From: Pseudomonadota bacterium
GTDB lineage: Bacteria > Myxococcota_A > Polyangia > Polyangiales > Polyangiaceae
NCBI GenBank assembly: GCA_023432025.1
Contig: JAEYVE010000083.1
Span: 4,244 to 68,243, forward strand
Direction: 5' to 3'
Length of the DNA stretch: 64,000 bases
Both the position numbers and the translations under genes were made by a program. Position 1 is the stretch's first letter; every line of letters starts with the position of its first letter. Shown piece after piece: positions 1-9,813 of the stretch. The notes beneath the pieces were generated by a model. That model saw only the letters and a program-made list of their open reading frames with translations, had not been told where the DNA came from and searched no databases.

Positions 1-2
1 AG

Positions 3-1397
3 TTCGTGTCGGGCGTTTCGCTCGAGAAGGTGATCGAACAAGATACGGCGCTCTCGCCGGAGCGCACCGTGGCCATCATGCGCCAGGTGTGCGGCGCCCT
101 CGACGAAGCGCACGCGCTCGGCATCATTCACCGTGATCTGAAGCCCGAGAACGTGGTGCTCACGGAGCGCCTCGGACAAAAGGACTTCGTGAAGGTGCTG
201 GATTTCGGCATCGCATCGCGCTCCGAGTCCGCAGACGCCGCGAAGGAGTAGAAGCTCACGCAGCAAGGCATGGTGCTCGGAACGCCGCCGTACATGAGCC
301 CCGAACAGTTCACGGGGCAGGCGCTCGATCGCAGGAGCGACGTGTATTCGCTCGGCATCATGGCGTACCAAATGCTGACGGGACGTTTGCCCTTCAGCGC
401 GCAAACGCCGTGGCAGTGGGCCACCGAGCACATGACGGCGCAGCCGTTTCCCTTGGAACAAATTCCGCAAGCGTCGGCGGTGTCTCCGGCCATGCGCGCG
501 GCCGTGATGCGCTCGCTCAGCAAGGAGCCGAGCAAACGTCAGGCGACCGCGGGTGAGTTCTACGAGGAGCTCGCGGCGGGCGCCGCGACGGACTCCGAGC
601 GTCGTTCGACGGGCACCGAGGCCATGCCGGCGGCGGCCTTCGGCGCGGCACGCACGGAGGCCATGCCGGCGTCGCCGGCTGCCGCGCCTCTGCGGGTGCA
701 GCCGGCAGCTACGCCCGGCGCCATGGCAGCTCCGGCTCCGCCTCCGCCGGCCCGCTCACAAAAGAGCGGCGGCGGAAAAGGCTTGGTGCTCGGCTTGGGC
801 GGCGTGGCGGTGGCGCTCCTGGCCGCCATCGGCTTCGTGTTGACCAATCGCGGTGGTGGAGACGACGGCCCCACGCTGGCGAGCTCCTCGCTCTTGGGCG
901 CGGAAACTCCGCCGGCGACCGGCGCGGTCAAGCCGGACGTTTCTCCCGAGGAGTTGGCGGCCCCCACGCCCACGGAAGCCGCGGACACGCCGGCCACCCA
1001 GCCCACTACGGCGACCCCGCCCAAGACGTCGGGCACCGCCAGCGGCACTGCGCCCAAACCCACGCCCTCGGCGAGCGCGGCGCCCACGCCGAGCGCCACA
1101 CCCACGACCACCCCGACCACCACTCCCACGACCCCTCCAGCCAGCGGCGGCAGCTGCGACGCCTGCGTGGCGGCCGTGAAGTCCGGCAACTTGCAGAGCG
1201 CGGCAGCTTCTTTGGCCAGCTGCAGCGCCGCTGGGCAGACTGCCTGCAAAACGGAGGCGCGCCGTGCGGCTCCGGGCCTCGTCAATCAGGCGGTTCAAAG
1301 CGGGAATTGCGCTCAAGCGCGGGCCCTGGCGGCTGGCGCGCAGGCGATGGGCGTTTCGAGCAAGCGTGTGACGGACGCTGTAGCTTCCTGCAAGTAA
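3..1397 (+). pseudogene. Hanks-type Ser/Thr protein kinase. It is 5'-truncated by the window edge and interrupted by one in-frame TAG at 249-251. The C-terminal part has a Pro/Thr/Ala-rich linker, one TM helix and a Cys-containing tail.
   Basis: ORFs 6..251 and 270..1397 share one frame. The translation reads ...[11 protein letters not shown]...[37 protein letters not shown]... So the catalytic loop and DFG lie before the stop and the APE-type motif lies after it. The TM segment is GLVLGLGGVAVALLAAIGFVL. Confidence 0.7.
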
Positions 1398-1409
1398 CCG
1401 TTCAGTTGG

Positions 1410-1437
1410 GGCGGCCCATCATTCCCGAGGGGCCGCC
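1410..1437 (+). terminator. GC-rich hairpin just downstream of the kinase stop; possible intrinsic terminator without a U-tract
   Basis: ggcggccc (1410-1417) pairs with gggccgcc (1430-1437) across a 12-nt loop, 13 nt after the TAA at 1395-1397. Confidence 0.25.
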
Positions 1438-1724
1438 TTGACCACCCTGGACTTGCATCGTAGCTGTCCGCCCGCGCTGAATTCAAAACGCAGCGAACTT
1501 CTTTCAACCAAGAATTTCGGAGAGCTGGCCTTTTTTAGGGCCAGTCGTTGGGTCGCGCTGGATTCCAGTGTGTCGAACTGCGACACCTGGAGCTTGACGA
1601 CCCCAGAGGCCTGACTCTAGTGTCACACACACCTTCCGGAAGTAGGGCGTGGTTTTCACGCCTGCCGGACCCGCTTCGCAGCACCCCACGCAGCAGCTCG
1701 ACGACTGTCACTAGGACAAGCGCG

Positions 1725-2006
1725 ATGGTGAACCGCATGACATGGCCCGAGCTTTGTCGCTCGGAGCGTTACAAGGGCTTGTGGGTGGCGCTCGACAACT
1801 GTCGTTACGACAGCGTCACGCGACAGCCCATCGAAGGGGACGTCGTGGACGCTGATCCGGAGCTGTCCGAGCTGTGCGCCCGCATGCGCAGCGCCGGCCG
1901 CTGTGCCTGTACGATCCTGTTCTGTCAGGATCACGTCTTCGTTCAGGAACAGGCGCCTCCTTCCCGCGGTCAGCGCCCGAGCGACACACAGCGCTTGCAG
2001 GGTTGA
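1725..2006 (+). CDS. Small Cys-rich hypothetical protein (93 aa)
   Basis: ATG at 1725 inside ORF 1548..2006. Codon third positions are GC-rich as in neighbouring genes. No recognisable motif. Confidence 0.3.
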   Translation: MVNRMTWPELCRSERYKGLWVALDNCRYDSVTRQPIEGDVVDADPELSELCARMRSAGRCACTILFCQDHVFVQEQAPPSRGQRPSDTQRLQG

Positions 2007-2043
2007 GGGCGTCCTCCCGAGGGGGCGCCTCCAGGTGACCTTT

Positions 2044-3402
2044 TCAGGTGACCTTGGGCCGAATGACGGGCTTGCCGTCTTTGATGACGACGTCGAAGTC
2101 CACCCGGCGCCCTTGGTGCTGCGCGCGGAGCTTGGCCTCCGTTTCCCTGAGGTTCTGAGCCAGCTTTTCTAGGCTCACGGCACCAGCCATCTTGGTTTGC
2201 TCGCGGGCCGCCTGGTAGCGCTGGTGCAGCTCGCGGAGGCGTGCCTCGTCCAGGCCGCTCGCGGGTGGCGCTTTGGGCGGTGGGGGCGCGCTGCGGGCGC
2301 GTGCCTGGGCCCCCGGGGCGGGCCGGGGAGGAACCGAGCGCGGGCGCACCGGCGGAGAGCCAGAAGTGGCGGCGGCCTGGGTGGGGGCCGCGGCGTGCGC
2401 CGGACTGCTGGGCGGTCCCGGCGGCGGGGTGGGTGCGGCGGTGCGTGGGAGAGGAGGACGCTGCGAGGTGGGGGGAACGTCCGCGGAGCTCGAGCGTGGA
2501 GAGAGCGGGCCTGGCGGCGAAGCGGCCGATGCGCCGGGACTGCTGACGCGTGGAACGCTAGCGCCCGGCGGCGAGGCGGTCGAAGCGCTCGAGGGCGCGG
2601 CGCCGCTGGGTGGAGCTGGACGAACGCTCGGGGACGGTCGCGGAACGGGAGGCGGGGGCCGGGAGGCCGGGTCGCGCGCGCCCGCGGCTTTCGGAAGCTC
2701 CACCTTGGGTGAGCCGGGAACACGAGACGGCAGCGAGCCGGCCGCTTGTGGCGAGGGGGAGCTCAAAGCGGCGCTGCGTGGGCTGGGTGATGTCGCGGGA
2801 CGGGCGCCGCTCGTTCCGAGCTGCGCCAAGAGGCCCCCCTTGCGAGGGCTGGCGAGCGACTCCGCCGTGCCTTGCGGGCCGCTGTCCGCGGCCGAGCTCG
2901 ACGAGCCGCCGACGAATGACTCGAGCGCCGCGTCGAGATCGTTCGGATTGTCGGCGAGGAGACGTAGGTCTTGTTCTAGAGCGCGCTGCGCGCGCTCGGC
3001 CGCCTCGGCGCGCGCGTCGGGGGGAGGGGCGGCTTCTGCGCTGGACGCGGAGGCGCGCGCGGCGTCGAGCGGGCCGAAGGCACGCTCGGCGCGCAGCTTG
3101 TGACGCTTGTACGTTCCCTGCTCGATTTCCCGGCAAATGCGGCCCCAGTACTGCTGCAGCGTGTTGTAACGCTGGACCAACGTCTGCAGCTTGAAGCGCT
3201 TCGCGGTGTTCCGAATCTTCTCCTTCCGAAGAAGCCAAAAGCGACGGTCCACGTCCTTTCGCACCACTTGGGGCTCGATGCGCTCGATCCCCATGAAGTA
3301 CTGCTCGTAGAGAGCGCGAAGCCGCTCCAAGCGGGTTTCGAGCTCACTGATGGCTAGATCGATCTCGTCGGGCGTCACGGAAGGCGAAAGGCAGCGTGGC
3401 AA
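2044..3402 (-). CDS. Conserved hypothetical protein with a helical or coiled-coil N-terminal domain, a roughly 250-aa Pro/Ala/Ser-rich low-complexity linker and a small C-terminal domain
   Basis: 452-aa ORF. The N-terminus reads DEIDLAISELETRLERLRALYEQYFMGIERIEP...KRFKLQTLVQRYNTLQQYW and the C-terminus reads ...RVDFDVVIKDGKPVIRPKVT. The start is uncertain: TTG at 3402 or GTG at 3378. Confidence 0.55.
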   Translation of the reverse strand: MPRCLSPSVTPDEIDLAISELETRLERLRALYEQYFMGIERIEPQVVRKDVDRRFWLLRKEKIRNTAKRFKLQTLVQRYNTLQQYWGRICREIEQGTYKRHKLRAERAFGPLDAARASASSAEAAPPPDARAEAAERAQRALEQDLRLLADNPNDLDAALESFVGGSSSSAADSGPQGTAESLASPRKGGLLAQLGTSGARPATSPSPRSAALSSPSPQAAGSLPSRVPGSPKVELPKAAGARDPASRPPPPVPRPSPSVRPAPPSGAAPSSASTASPPGASVPRVSSPGASAASPPGPLSPRSSSADVPPTSQRPPLPRTAAPTPPPGPPSSPAHAAAPTQAAATSGSPPVRPRSVPPRPAPGAQARARSAPPPPKAPPASGLDEARLRELHQRYQAAREQTKMAGAVSLEKLAQNLRETEAKLRAQHQGRRVDFDVVIKDGKPVIRPKVT

Positions 3403-3620
3403 CCGCGGGCGCTCCGCGCGTTTACGCCGGCCGGCATGTTAGCACACCACGCGCCGAGCCTCCCTCGGCCGCCATTTCTTCCGGCGCGCGCGGCTTCGTC
3501 GCGGAGCCTGCGAAGGGCCCAGCTGTGGGTCGGCGCTAGAAACGGCAAATTTTGCGTGCAGCTCCCTGCTTCGCGCCGAGCGAGGACTTTGGTCGAACCT
3601 TCTGCGACCATCGCGCCGGC

Positions 3621-4637
3621 ATGCATCCGCTGCTTCTTCGGATTTCGCTCGGCGGCTTCGAGGTGCCGCTGGTCGTCGCCGTGGCCGCGGCGGCGCTGCT
3701 CGGTGTGGCGACTCTTTCGCTCGGGGTCTTGGCGCGCAGGCGTGCGGTGCTCTTTTTGGGCGGCGCGCTGTGTGTGGTGGCGTTGGGCTTTGCGGTGCGG
3801 GGGCCGTCGGCGCCCGTGCCGGCGCGGTCTCTGGACGTGACGTCGTTCGGCGCGGCCTCTGCGCTGGCGGTGGGTCTGGGATGGGCGCTCACGCGTGTGG
3901 AGGCGCGTCGCTTCGCGGTCGAGCGCGAAGCGCTCGACTGGGTGTTGCTCGCCGCGGTCGTCTCTGCGCTCGTGGGTGCTCGAGTGCTGTTCGTGGCGAC
4001 CGTGCACGGGGCTCCCTGGCGGAGTGTGATGGATTTGGGTGGCGGGGGGCTTTCCGGAGCGGGCGCGTGGCTGGGGGGACTTTTCGGTGCTTGGCTCGCC
4101 GCGCGGCGCTGGAACGTCGGGTACTTGCGGGTGCTCGACGCGGCTGCGCCGGCTTTGGCATTTGCCATCGTGTGCGTGCGCCTCGGGTGCTTCTTGCAGG
4201 GTTGCGACTACGGACCCGTGCTCGGGGATTCCGCGCCGTCGTTCCTCCAAAAGGCGGGGACGCTCGGACGCTGGCCGGTCGAGCTGGGGCTCGGGGCGGG
4301 ACCCCCGCTGCTTCTGGAGCAGATCCAAGGCTCCGTGGTCGAGCTTGGCGCAGCGTTCACCGCGCCAGCGCATCCGACGCCGCTCTACGAGGCGCTGGTG
4401 GGCCTGGGGTTGCTCGCGGGCCTTGCTTTGCTTTCGCGCAGGAGGCGCTTCGTGGGGCAGGCGGGGCTCGCCGTGGTGGCGGGTTACGCGCTTTTCACTG
4501 CGGCGCTTTCTCCGCTCGTCGTTGGCGCGGAGCGTAGCGCGTTCACGCCATGGTTATTCGTGGGACTCGGGCTCGCAGCGGGTTTCCTTTGGCTCGAGCG
4601 GTGGTGGCGCTTTCGTGAGGCGAGCGCCGCCCTTTGA
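3621..4637 (+). CDS. lgt: Prolipoprotein diacylglyceryl transferase (Lgt-like)
   Basis: Polytopic membrane protein with Lgt-like motifs: GGGGLSGAGAWLGG, VRLGCFLQGCDYG (GRxGNFxNGE-like) and AHPTPLYEA (HPxxLYE). ATG at 3621 within ORF 3552..4637. Confidence 0.7.
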   Translation: MHPLLLRISLGGFEVPLVVAVAAAALLGVATLSLGVLARRRAVLFLGGALCVVALGFAVRGPSAPVPARSLDVTSFGAASALAVGLGWALTRVEARRFAVEREALDWVLLAAVVSALVGARVLFVATVHGAPWRSVMDLGGGGLSGAGAWLGGLFGAWLAARRWNVGYLRVLDAAAPALAFAIVCVRLGCFLQGCDYGPVLGDSAPSFLQKAGTLGRWPVELGLGAGPPLLLEQIQGSVVELGAAFTAPAHPTPLYEALVGLGLLAGLALLSRRRRFVGQAGLAVVAGYALFTAALSPLVVGAERSAFTPWLFVGLGLAAGFLWLERWWRFREASAAL

Positions 4638-4644
4638 GCGAACG

Positions 4645-5571
4645 TTAGCGCCGTAGGACCAAAAAGAATAGCGTGGGGGCGCCGAGCGCGGCCGTGATCA
4701 CACCGACTGGCAGCTCGCGACCGGGAATCGAAACGCGCGCCAGCGCATCGCAAAGCACCAGAAAGCCCGCGCCCGCGACCCAGGAGAGCGGCAAGAGCTC
4801 GCGCACGGACGCAGACGTCGCCCGGCGCACCAAGTGCGGCACGACGAGACCGACGAAAGCAATCGGACCACACAGCGCAACGCACGCAGCGACGCCCAAC
4901 GAGCCGGCGGCGAGCACCTCGAGGCGCACGCGTCGCACCGGCACCCCCTGCGTCTTGGCCCAGTCTTCGCTGAGCGAAAGCGCGGCGAGCGCCCGGCGGC
5001 GGCCGAGCAGCACGAGCGCGCACAACGCCACGAAGGGCGACAGCAGGCAGAGCCGCTCGTAGCCCACCTGGGGCAAGTGACCCAGCGCCCAATGCGCGGC
5101 GGCGAACAACGCCGGTGCGTCCGCGAGCGCGGTGGCGGCTTGAGAAACGGCCCCGGCCGCGAGCGTGACGGCGATACCCGCCAGAAGAACGTCGGAGGTG
5201 CGCGCGCGGCCGGAGCTCGCGGTGGCGGCCACGACCGAGCTGGCTCCCAGCGCTCCAATGAACGCACACAGCGTGGCGGCCGAGAGCTCGAGCGTGCCGC
5301 TGGCGCCCAACGTCAACGCGACGAGCGCGCCCAGCGCCGCGCCGGCTTCCGTCCCCACCGTGGTGGGAGTCGCGAGAGCATTCTGGAAGAGCGCTTGAAA
5401 CGCGGCGCCGACCAGCCCGAGCGTGGAGCCCACCAAGAGGCCAGCCAGCGCGCGCGGAACGCGCAGCTGCCACAGAATGAAGTCTCCCTCGGGCCCAGCC
5501 AGCGAAGGTCCAATCAGGACCGACGCCAGAACGAGCCCGAAGCTGACGAGAATGACCCAAACCCACTTCAT
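4645..5571 (-). CDS. ABC importer permease, FecCD/BtuC family
   Basis: The protein starts at MKWVWVILVSFGLVLASVLIG and contains LRVPRALAGLLVGSTLGLVGAAFQALFQNALATP. The ATG at 5571 overlaps the upstream stop (ATGA). The upstream part of ORF 4645..6168 is Arg-rich shadow sequence. Confidence 0.85.
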   Translation of the reverse strand: MKWVWVILVSFGLVLASVLIGPSLAGPEGDFILWQLRVPRALAGLLVGSTLGLVGAAFQALFQNALATPTTVGTEAGAALGALVALTLGASGTLELSAATLCAFIGALGASSVVAATASSGRARTSDVLLAGIAVTLAAGAVSQAATALADAPALFAAAHWALGHLPQVGYERLCLLSPFVALCALVLLGRRRALAALSLSEDWAKTQGVPVRRVRLEVLAAGSLGVAACVALCGPIAFVGLVVPHLVRRATSASVRELLPLSWVAGAGFLVLCDALARVSIPGRELPVGVITAALGAPTLFFLVLRR

Positions 5572-6398
5572 GTGCGCGAGCCCTCGTCTTTCGGAGGCCC
5601 GAACGTCACGTTCGAGGACGTGGGCGACGGCGCACGAGGCGACGACACAGCGAGCCAATGCCGGCGACCGTCCAGCTCCACCGCGCGGAGCGGCACTCCG
5701 TAAAGGCGCTCGAGATCGGCGGTCAGCGCGGGCGCGTTCAAGCGGCGGTCGAAGGCAATGCGCCCTTCCGAAATCCCGAGCACGCGGACGCGCTCCGTCG
5801 GGCCGAGCTGGTTCGCCAAGTTCAGATCGTGAGTGACTACGCAGAGGCCGCGCCCGCGCTCTCCGAGCTGACCGAGCAAGCCGTACGCGGCGAGTTGGTG
5901 CGCCGGATCGAGGTGATTGGCGGGCTCGTCGACCAAAAGCAGGGGAGCCTCTTGCACCAAGAGCGCGGCGAGGAGCACGCGCTGAAGCTCTCCGCCGCTC
6001 ACCTGCTCGACGCGACGCGGCGCCAAGTGCTCGGCGCCGAGCTCGGCCAGGGCGCGTCGTGCGTGCGCCAGCGACTCGCCGTGCGACTCCGAAAAGCGAT
6101 AGCGGCCGGCCGCCACCAACTCCTCGACGCGCACTCCTTCCCCCAAGCGTGGTCGCTGAGGCAACCAAGCAATGCGTTCGGCGCGTTCGCGCGGCGAACG
6201 CGCGCCGAGCGGCGCGCCATCGAGCAGCACCTCACCGCGGTCCGGGCTTTCGAGGCCGGCGAGCACACGGAGGAGCGTGGATTTGCCCGCGCCGTTGGGA
6301 CCAATCACGACGAGGCAGTCGCCCGTCGTGAGCTCGAGGCTCACGCCGCTGAGCCGCCTGCCGACTTCGACGCCCGAGAGTGAGAGAGTGGGGCTCAT
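5568..6398 (-). CDS. ABC transporter ATP-binding protein (iron-siderophore/cobalamin type)
   Basis: Walker A GPNGAGKST, signature VSGGELQRV, Walker B LLLVDEP and H-loop VVTHD are present. The ATG at 6398 overlaps the stop of the binding-protein gene (ATGA). Confidence 0.9.
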   Translation of the reverse strand: MSPTLSLSGVEVGRRLSGVSLELTTGDCLVVIGPNGAGKSTLLRVLAGLESPDRGEVLLDGAPLGARSPRERAERIAWLPQRPRLGEGVRVEELVAAGRYRFSESHGESLAHARRALAELGAEHLAPRRVEQVSGGELQRVLLAALLVQEAPLLLVDEPANHLDPAHQLAAYGLLGQLGERGRGLCVVTHDLNLANQLGPTERVRVLGISEGRIAFDRRLNAPALTADLERLYGVPLRAVELDGRRHWLAVSSPRAPSPTSSNVTFGPPKDEGSRT

Positions 6399-7327
6399 GG
6401 GCGGATGGCCTCGAGACGTCGAATTTCTGCGGCGAGCGGCGGAACCAAGTCGAGCACGCGCGGGCCTCCGTTCAAGGCGCCGGGAACGTTGACCGCCCCC
6501 AGGCGACTCTGCTGTACGGCGCGGAGAGGGGTGAGCTTGGAAAAACGTGCGTGCTCCCGCCCACTCGGGGCTCCTTCGCCGTCGACGAAGAACACGATCT
6601 GATCCGGATCCACCCGAAAGAGCTCCTCCACGGAGAGGCGCGGTTGGCCTGCTCTGTCCGAGGAAATCGCGTTTCTGGCGCCTGCAGCGCGCAGCGCGGC
6701 GCCGTGTAGGGAGTCGTCCCGAATGTACCAAATGTCGTTCGAGTCGACGTCGCCGTAGCTCATGACGAAGAGCACGCGCGGGGCGTTCGCGGGTGCGGCA
6801 TGATCGAGCACACGTGCGAGCTTTTCGGCGAGGGCGTCCGCCGAGCTCTCACGACCTACGAGGCGGCCGAGGGCGCGTGTGCTCGAGATCACTTCGGCCA
6901 GGCTGAGCCACGGCAATTGCTCGGTGGGCGCGATGCGCGAGAGCGGGCCAAGCTGTTCTCCGCCGACTTGCGTGGCGACGATGAGCGTCGGAGCGAGGCG
7001 CGCGATGGCTTCGTAGGAAGGCGTGAGCGCCGAGCCCACGCTCGGAGGCCGTTTGGCTTCGGGAGGAAAGGCGCAGTAGTCGCTCACGCCCACGACTACG
7101 TCCGCGGCGCCGATGGCGAACAAGGTTTCGGTGAGCGACGGCGCGAGCGAGACGATGCGCGCGCGCGCGGCGGGATTCGCCGCCGCTCCGTGCGTCTCCT
7201 CCGGCGCGACGCTGGGGCGCCAAATGGCCCAGAGGCTCGTCGCGAGCGCGAGCCCCACCACGAGGGCAAGCCCGAGGCGCGCCCGGGCTGCGCCGCGCTG
7301 AGTCGAGGGGAGCGCCTCTGGGGTCAT
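6395..7327 (-). CDS. Periplasmic substrate-binding protein of the ABC importer (BtuF/FhuD-like, Peripla_BP_2 type)
   Basis: N-terminal anchor ARLGLALVVGLALATSLWAIW, followed by RIVSLAPSLTETLFAIGAADVVVGVSDYC. It is first in a three-gene overlapping operon. Confidence 0.8.
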   Translation of the reverse strand: MTPEALPSTQRGAARARLGLALVVGLALATSLWAIWRPSVAPEETHGAAANPAARARIVSLAPSLTETLFAIGAADVVVGVSDYCAFPPEAKRPPSVGSALTPSYEAIARLAPTLIVATQVGGEQLGPLSRIAPTEQLPWLSLAEVISSTRALGRLVGRESSADALAEKLARVLDHAAPANAPRVLFVMSYGDVDSNDIWYIRDDSLHGAALRAAGARNAISSDRAGQPRLSVEELFRVDPDQIVFFVDGEGAPSGREHARFSKLTPLRAVQQSRLGAVNVPGALNGGPRVLDLVPPLAAEIRRLEAIRP

Positions 7328-7334
7328 CGGTCCG

Positions 7335-8114
7335 TCAGCGCGTCGGACGGCGGTTTTTTTCGTAGATGAGCCGGAGCCCGTCGAGCGTGAGATCGGGGCA
7401 CAGCTCGGCGACGCGCGTCGCGTGCGGCGCGATGAGCGCCGACAGGCCGCCGGTGGCGATGACGTGACACTCGTAGCCGAGCTCACGCGTGATTTTCTCG
7501 ACCAGGCCGTCCACGAGCGACGCGTAGCCGTGCACGATGCCCGACTGCATGGCGTGCGGAGTGTTGCGACCAATGACCTGCGGAGGCTCCGCCAGCTCGA
7601 TGCGCGTGAGCTTTGCGGCGCGCCCGAGCAAGCCGTCCAGACTGACCTGGACGCCCGGCACGATGACGCCGCCGAGGTACTCGCCGTCCGGCGACACGCA
7701 GTCGAACGTGGTGGCGGTCCCGAAGTCGACCACGATGACACCGCCCTTCACGCGTTCGTGCGCCGCCACGGCGTTCACGATGCGGTCGGCGCCGACGTCG
7801 CGGGGGTTGTCGTAGCGCACGCGAATGCCCGTCTTCAGCCCCGGTCCGCCCACGACGAGCGGCTCGGTGTCACAAGCGCGACGCACCGAGCTCGCGACGA
7901 CCTCCGTGAGCGGTGGCACGACGCTGGCGATGATGGCGGCGTCGATGGCCTCTGCGTTCAGGCTGCGCAGGTCCAGCATCTGCTTGAGCAGCACGCTGTG
8001 CTCGTCGTCGGTGCGCGTGCGCACGGTGGCAATACGAAGCGTGTGCTCGAGCCGGTCGCCTTCGTAGAGGCCGTAGACGATGTTGGTGTTGCCGATGTCG
8101 ACCACGAGGAGCAT
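7335..8114 (-). CDS. coaX: Type III pantothenate kinase
   Basis: MLLVVDIGNTNIVYGLY, VVDFGTATTFD and VIATGGLS match the CoaX ASKHA-fold motifs. ATG at 8114 within ORF 7335..8294. Confidence 0.85.
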   Translation of the reverse strand: MLLVVDIGNTNIVYGLYEGDRLEHTLRIATVRTRTDDEHSVLLKQMLDLRSLNAEAIDAAIIASVVPPLTEVVASSVRRACDTEPLVVGGPGLKTGIRVRYDNPRDVGADRIVNAVAAHERVKGGVIVVDFGTATTFDCVSPDGEYLGGVIVPGVQVSLDGLLGRAAKLTRIELAEPPQVIGRNTPHAMQSGIVHGYASLVDGLVEKITRELGYECHVIATGGLSALIAPHATRVAELCPDLTLDGLRLIYEKNRRPTR

Positions 8115-8292
8115 CGGCGCCGAGCCTAGGGCGCCGATCGGCCCAAATCGAGGCAGGGCGGCCCGAAGGGCTCCGACGCTCTCCGTGAGCGAGTGTCGAG
8201 CGGGGACGCCTGCGCGTGAAAGGCCCACGTCGCTTCGAGCTTGCCCTGCCCGGGGCGAGTCTGATACTCGCCGCTTTTGGAGCTTTTCGACC

Positions 8293-9045
8293 ATGCATCA
8301 CGCAACCGAGCCTTCGCAAAGTGGATGGGGTCTACGTCACGCGGCGGAACGAGGCTTGCGTGAGGCAAGAGGCGCACGTGCCAGGAGCCATCGCGTCCTC
8401 GGTGCGGGCGCGCTCGGCGTGGCGGCGGCTCTCTTCAGCGGTCTCGTCGCGGCGCAGGAGCCCGACGAGACCGAGCCGCCGGAGCCCTTCGCCGAGGTGA
8501 ACGCAGAGGCGGCTGGCGCCGAGCCCGAGAGCGAAACGCCCGAGCCGCTCGAAGAGTCGACCCCGCCGCGCACGGCCGGCTCGCTCCAGCTCAGCGGCGG
8601 TTTCCGATACGGCGTAATGCAGGACGACGCGGACTTGGACCCATGGCGGACGGGCCTCGGCCTGAGCCTGGGCTACACCACGTACGACGGGCTCTACGTG
8701 GGCGGCGTGTTCGACTACTTCTTGGGCGAAACGCTCTCGTTCGGCGAAGCCGAGGTGAGCGCGAACGTGTGGCAGCTCGCGGGAGAGGTGGGCTACGATT
8801 TCATGCTCGGCAGCGCGGTCATGCTGCGCCCCAAAGTGAGCGCGGGCGTCTCGACGCTGAACGTGGAATGCAGCTCGGGCTGTGTCGGCGATGGCTCGAA
8901 TTCGTACGTGGGTGTGGCGCCGGGGCTCACCGCGCAGTTTTACGCGGGGCCCGTCATTTTGGCCGTGGACGCACGCTATCAGCTGGTTTTCGCGGATCCG
9001 GAGACGGCGAAGGCGCTCATTTTCTCGTTCGGTATCGGCTTCTGA
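8293..9045 (+). CDS. Putative outer-membrane beta-barrel protein
   Basis: Signal-like segment LGAGALGVAAALFSGLVAAQ and an acidic Pro/Glu linker. Alternating hydrophobic strand pattern (GLGLSLGYTTYDGLYVGGVFDYF..., VWQLAGEVGYDF...). The protein ends in FSFGIGF. Confidence 0.5.
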   Translation: MHHATEPSQSGWGLRHAAERGLREARGARARSHRVLGAGALGVAAALFSGLVAAQEPDETEPPEPFAEVNAEAAGAEPESETPEPLEESTPPRTAGSLQLSGGFRYGVMQDDADLDPWRTGLGLSLGYTTYDGLYVGGVFDYFLGETLSFGEAEVSANVWQLAGEVGYDFMLGSAVMLRPKVSAGVSTLNVECSSGCVGDGSNSYVGVAPGLTAQFYAGPVILAVDARYQLVFADPETAKALIFSFGIGF

Positions 9046-9129
9046 GTCGCACGCCCCGCCGCAGCGTTGGCGCTCCAGCTCGGTTCACCGGGCAGCTCGG
9101 CGCTGCGGCTCGCTCCCTGGGCCGTGAGC

Positions 9130-9813
9130 TCACCCGGGTAAGACGACGCGCTTGCCGTAACTCTTCAGACGCGACTCGACGCGGCCGATGTCCTCGCCCG
9201 TTTCGCCTTCGATGATGAGCTCGACGAGGCCCACGCCAGGACAATACGTGCTTTGGGCGCGCTTGAACGGGCGCTGACTTTCCTCGACCGTGACGACGCA
9301 GCGCTCGAACGTACCGGCGGGGAGCGTGACGCGCCGACCCAGCTCGGTGATGGTGACGACACCGAAGGAGCCTTGGAACGTAGCGCCGGCGGCGATGGGA
9401 GCGCGCAAGAGGTAGCCGCCCGTGCGCAGGGAAACGCCCGTGCTTTGCACGTCCAAGCGCTGCACGCGACCTGCTACGTCGAGCTCCGCCAGGTCCGGGC
9501 GCGGACGCCGCACGTTGAAGACGAGCAGGCCCGTTTCTCCCGTGTCGCTCGTCGTTTCGTAGCTGAGCACGGTGTCGTCCGTGAGGGGCAGGAGCTCCGC
9601 CAAGCTGGGCGGAGCTTGCGGCGCGGGCGCTGGCGTTTCGTGCGCCGGGGCGGAGCTCGCGCAGGCGCTGGCAAGCCAGCCGAGCGCCGCGAGCGTGACG
9701 AGCCAAGCGCGCGGCGTCGCCCGCAGAAGCGCCGTGGGCGCGGTCGAAGCGCGGTCTTGCGCGTCGACCGACGAAACGGCGGGGCGGCCTGATTCAACCA
9801 TGACCGTGTCCAT
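9130..9813 (-). CDS. Hypothetical secreted lipoprotein
   Basis: Signal and lipobox-like segment LVTLAALGWLASAC; no catalytic motif recognised. The start is 9813 or 9801, and it overlaps the end of the upstream gene. Confidence 0.5.
   Translation of the reverse strand: MDTVMVESGRPAVSSVDAQDRASTAPTALLRATPRAWLVTLAALGWLASACASSAPAHETPAPAPQAPPSLAELLPLTDDTVLSYETTSDTGETGLLVFNVRRPRPDLAELDVAGRVQRLDVQSTGVSLRTGGYLLRAPIAAGATFQGSFGVVTITELGRRVTLPAGTFERCVVTVEESQRPFKRAQSTYCPGVGLVELIIEGETGEDIGRVESRLKSYGKRVVLPG

Noticed and set aside
1525-1544. A CTGGCC-TTTTTTAG-GGCCAG hairpin in the spacer after the kinase.
   Set aside because: It has only a 6-bp stem, and the T-run is in the loop rather than trailing. It is not convincing as a terminator on either strand.
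4645-6168. Long N-terminal extensions of tracked ORFs (4645..6168, 5568..6731, 6395..7741, 7335..8294, 35718..37535, 37788..40847, 27147..29114, 26188..27450, 51704..53308).
   Set aside because: The extensions are Arg-rich and lie over the upstream gene. Internal ATG/GTG starts give normal-length proteins and classic ATGA/GTGA start-stop overlaps, so the shorter models were used.
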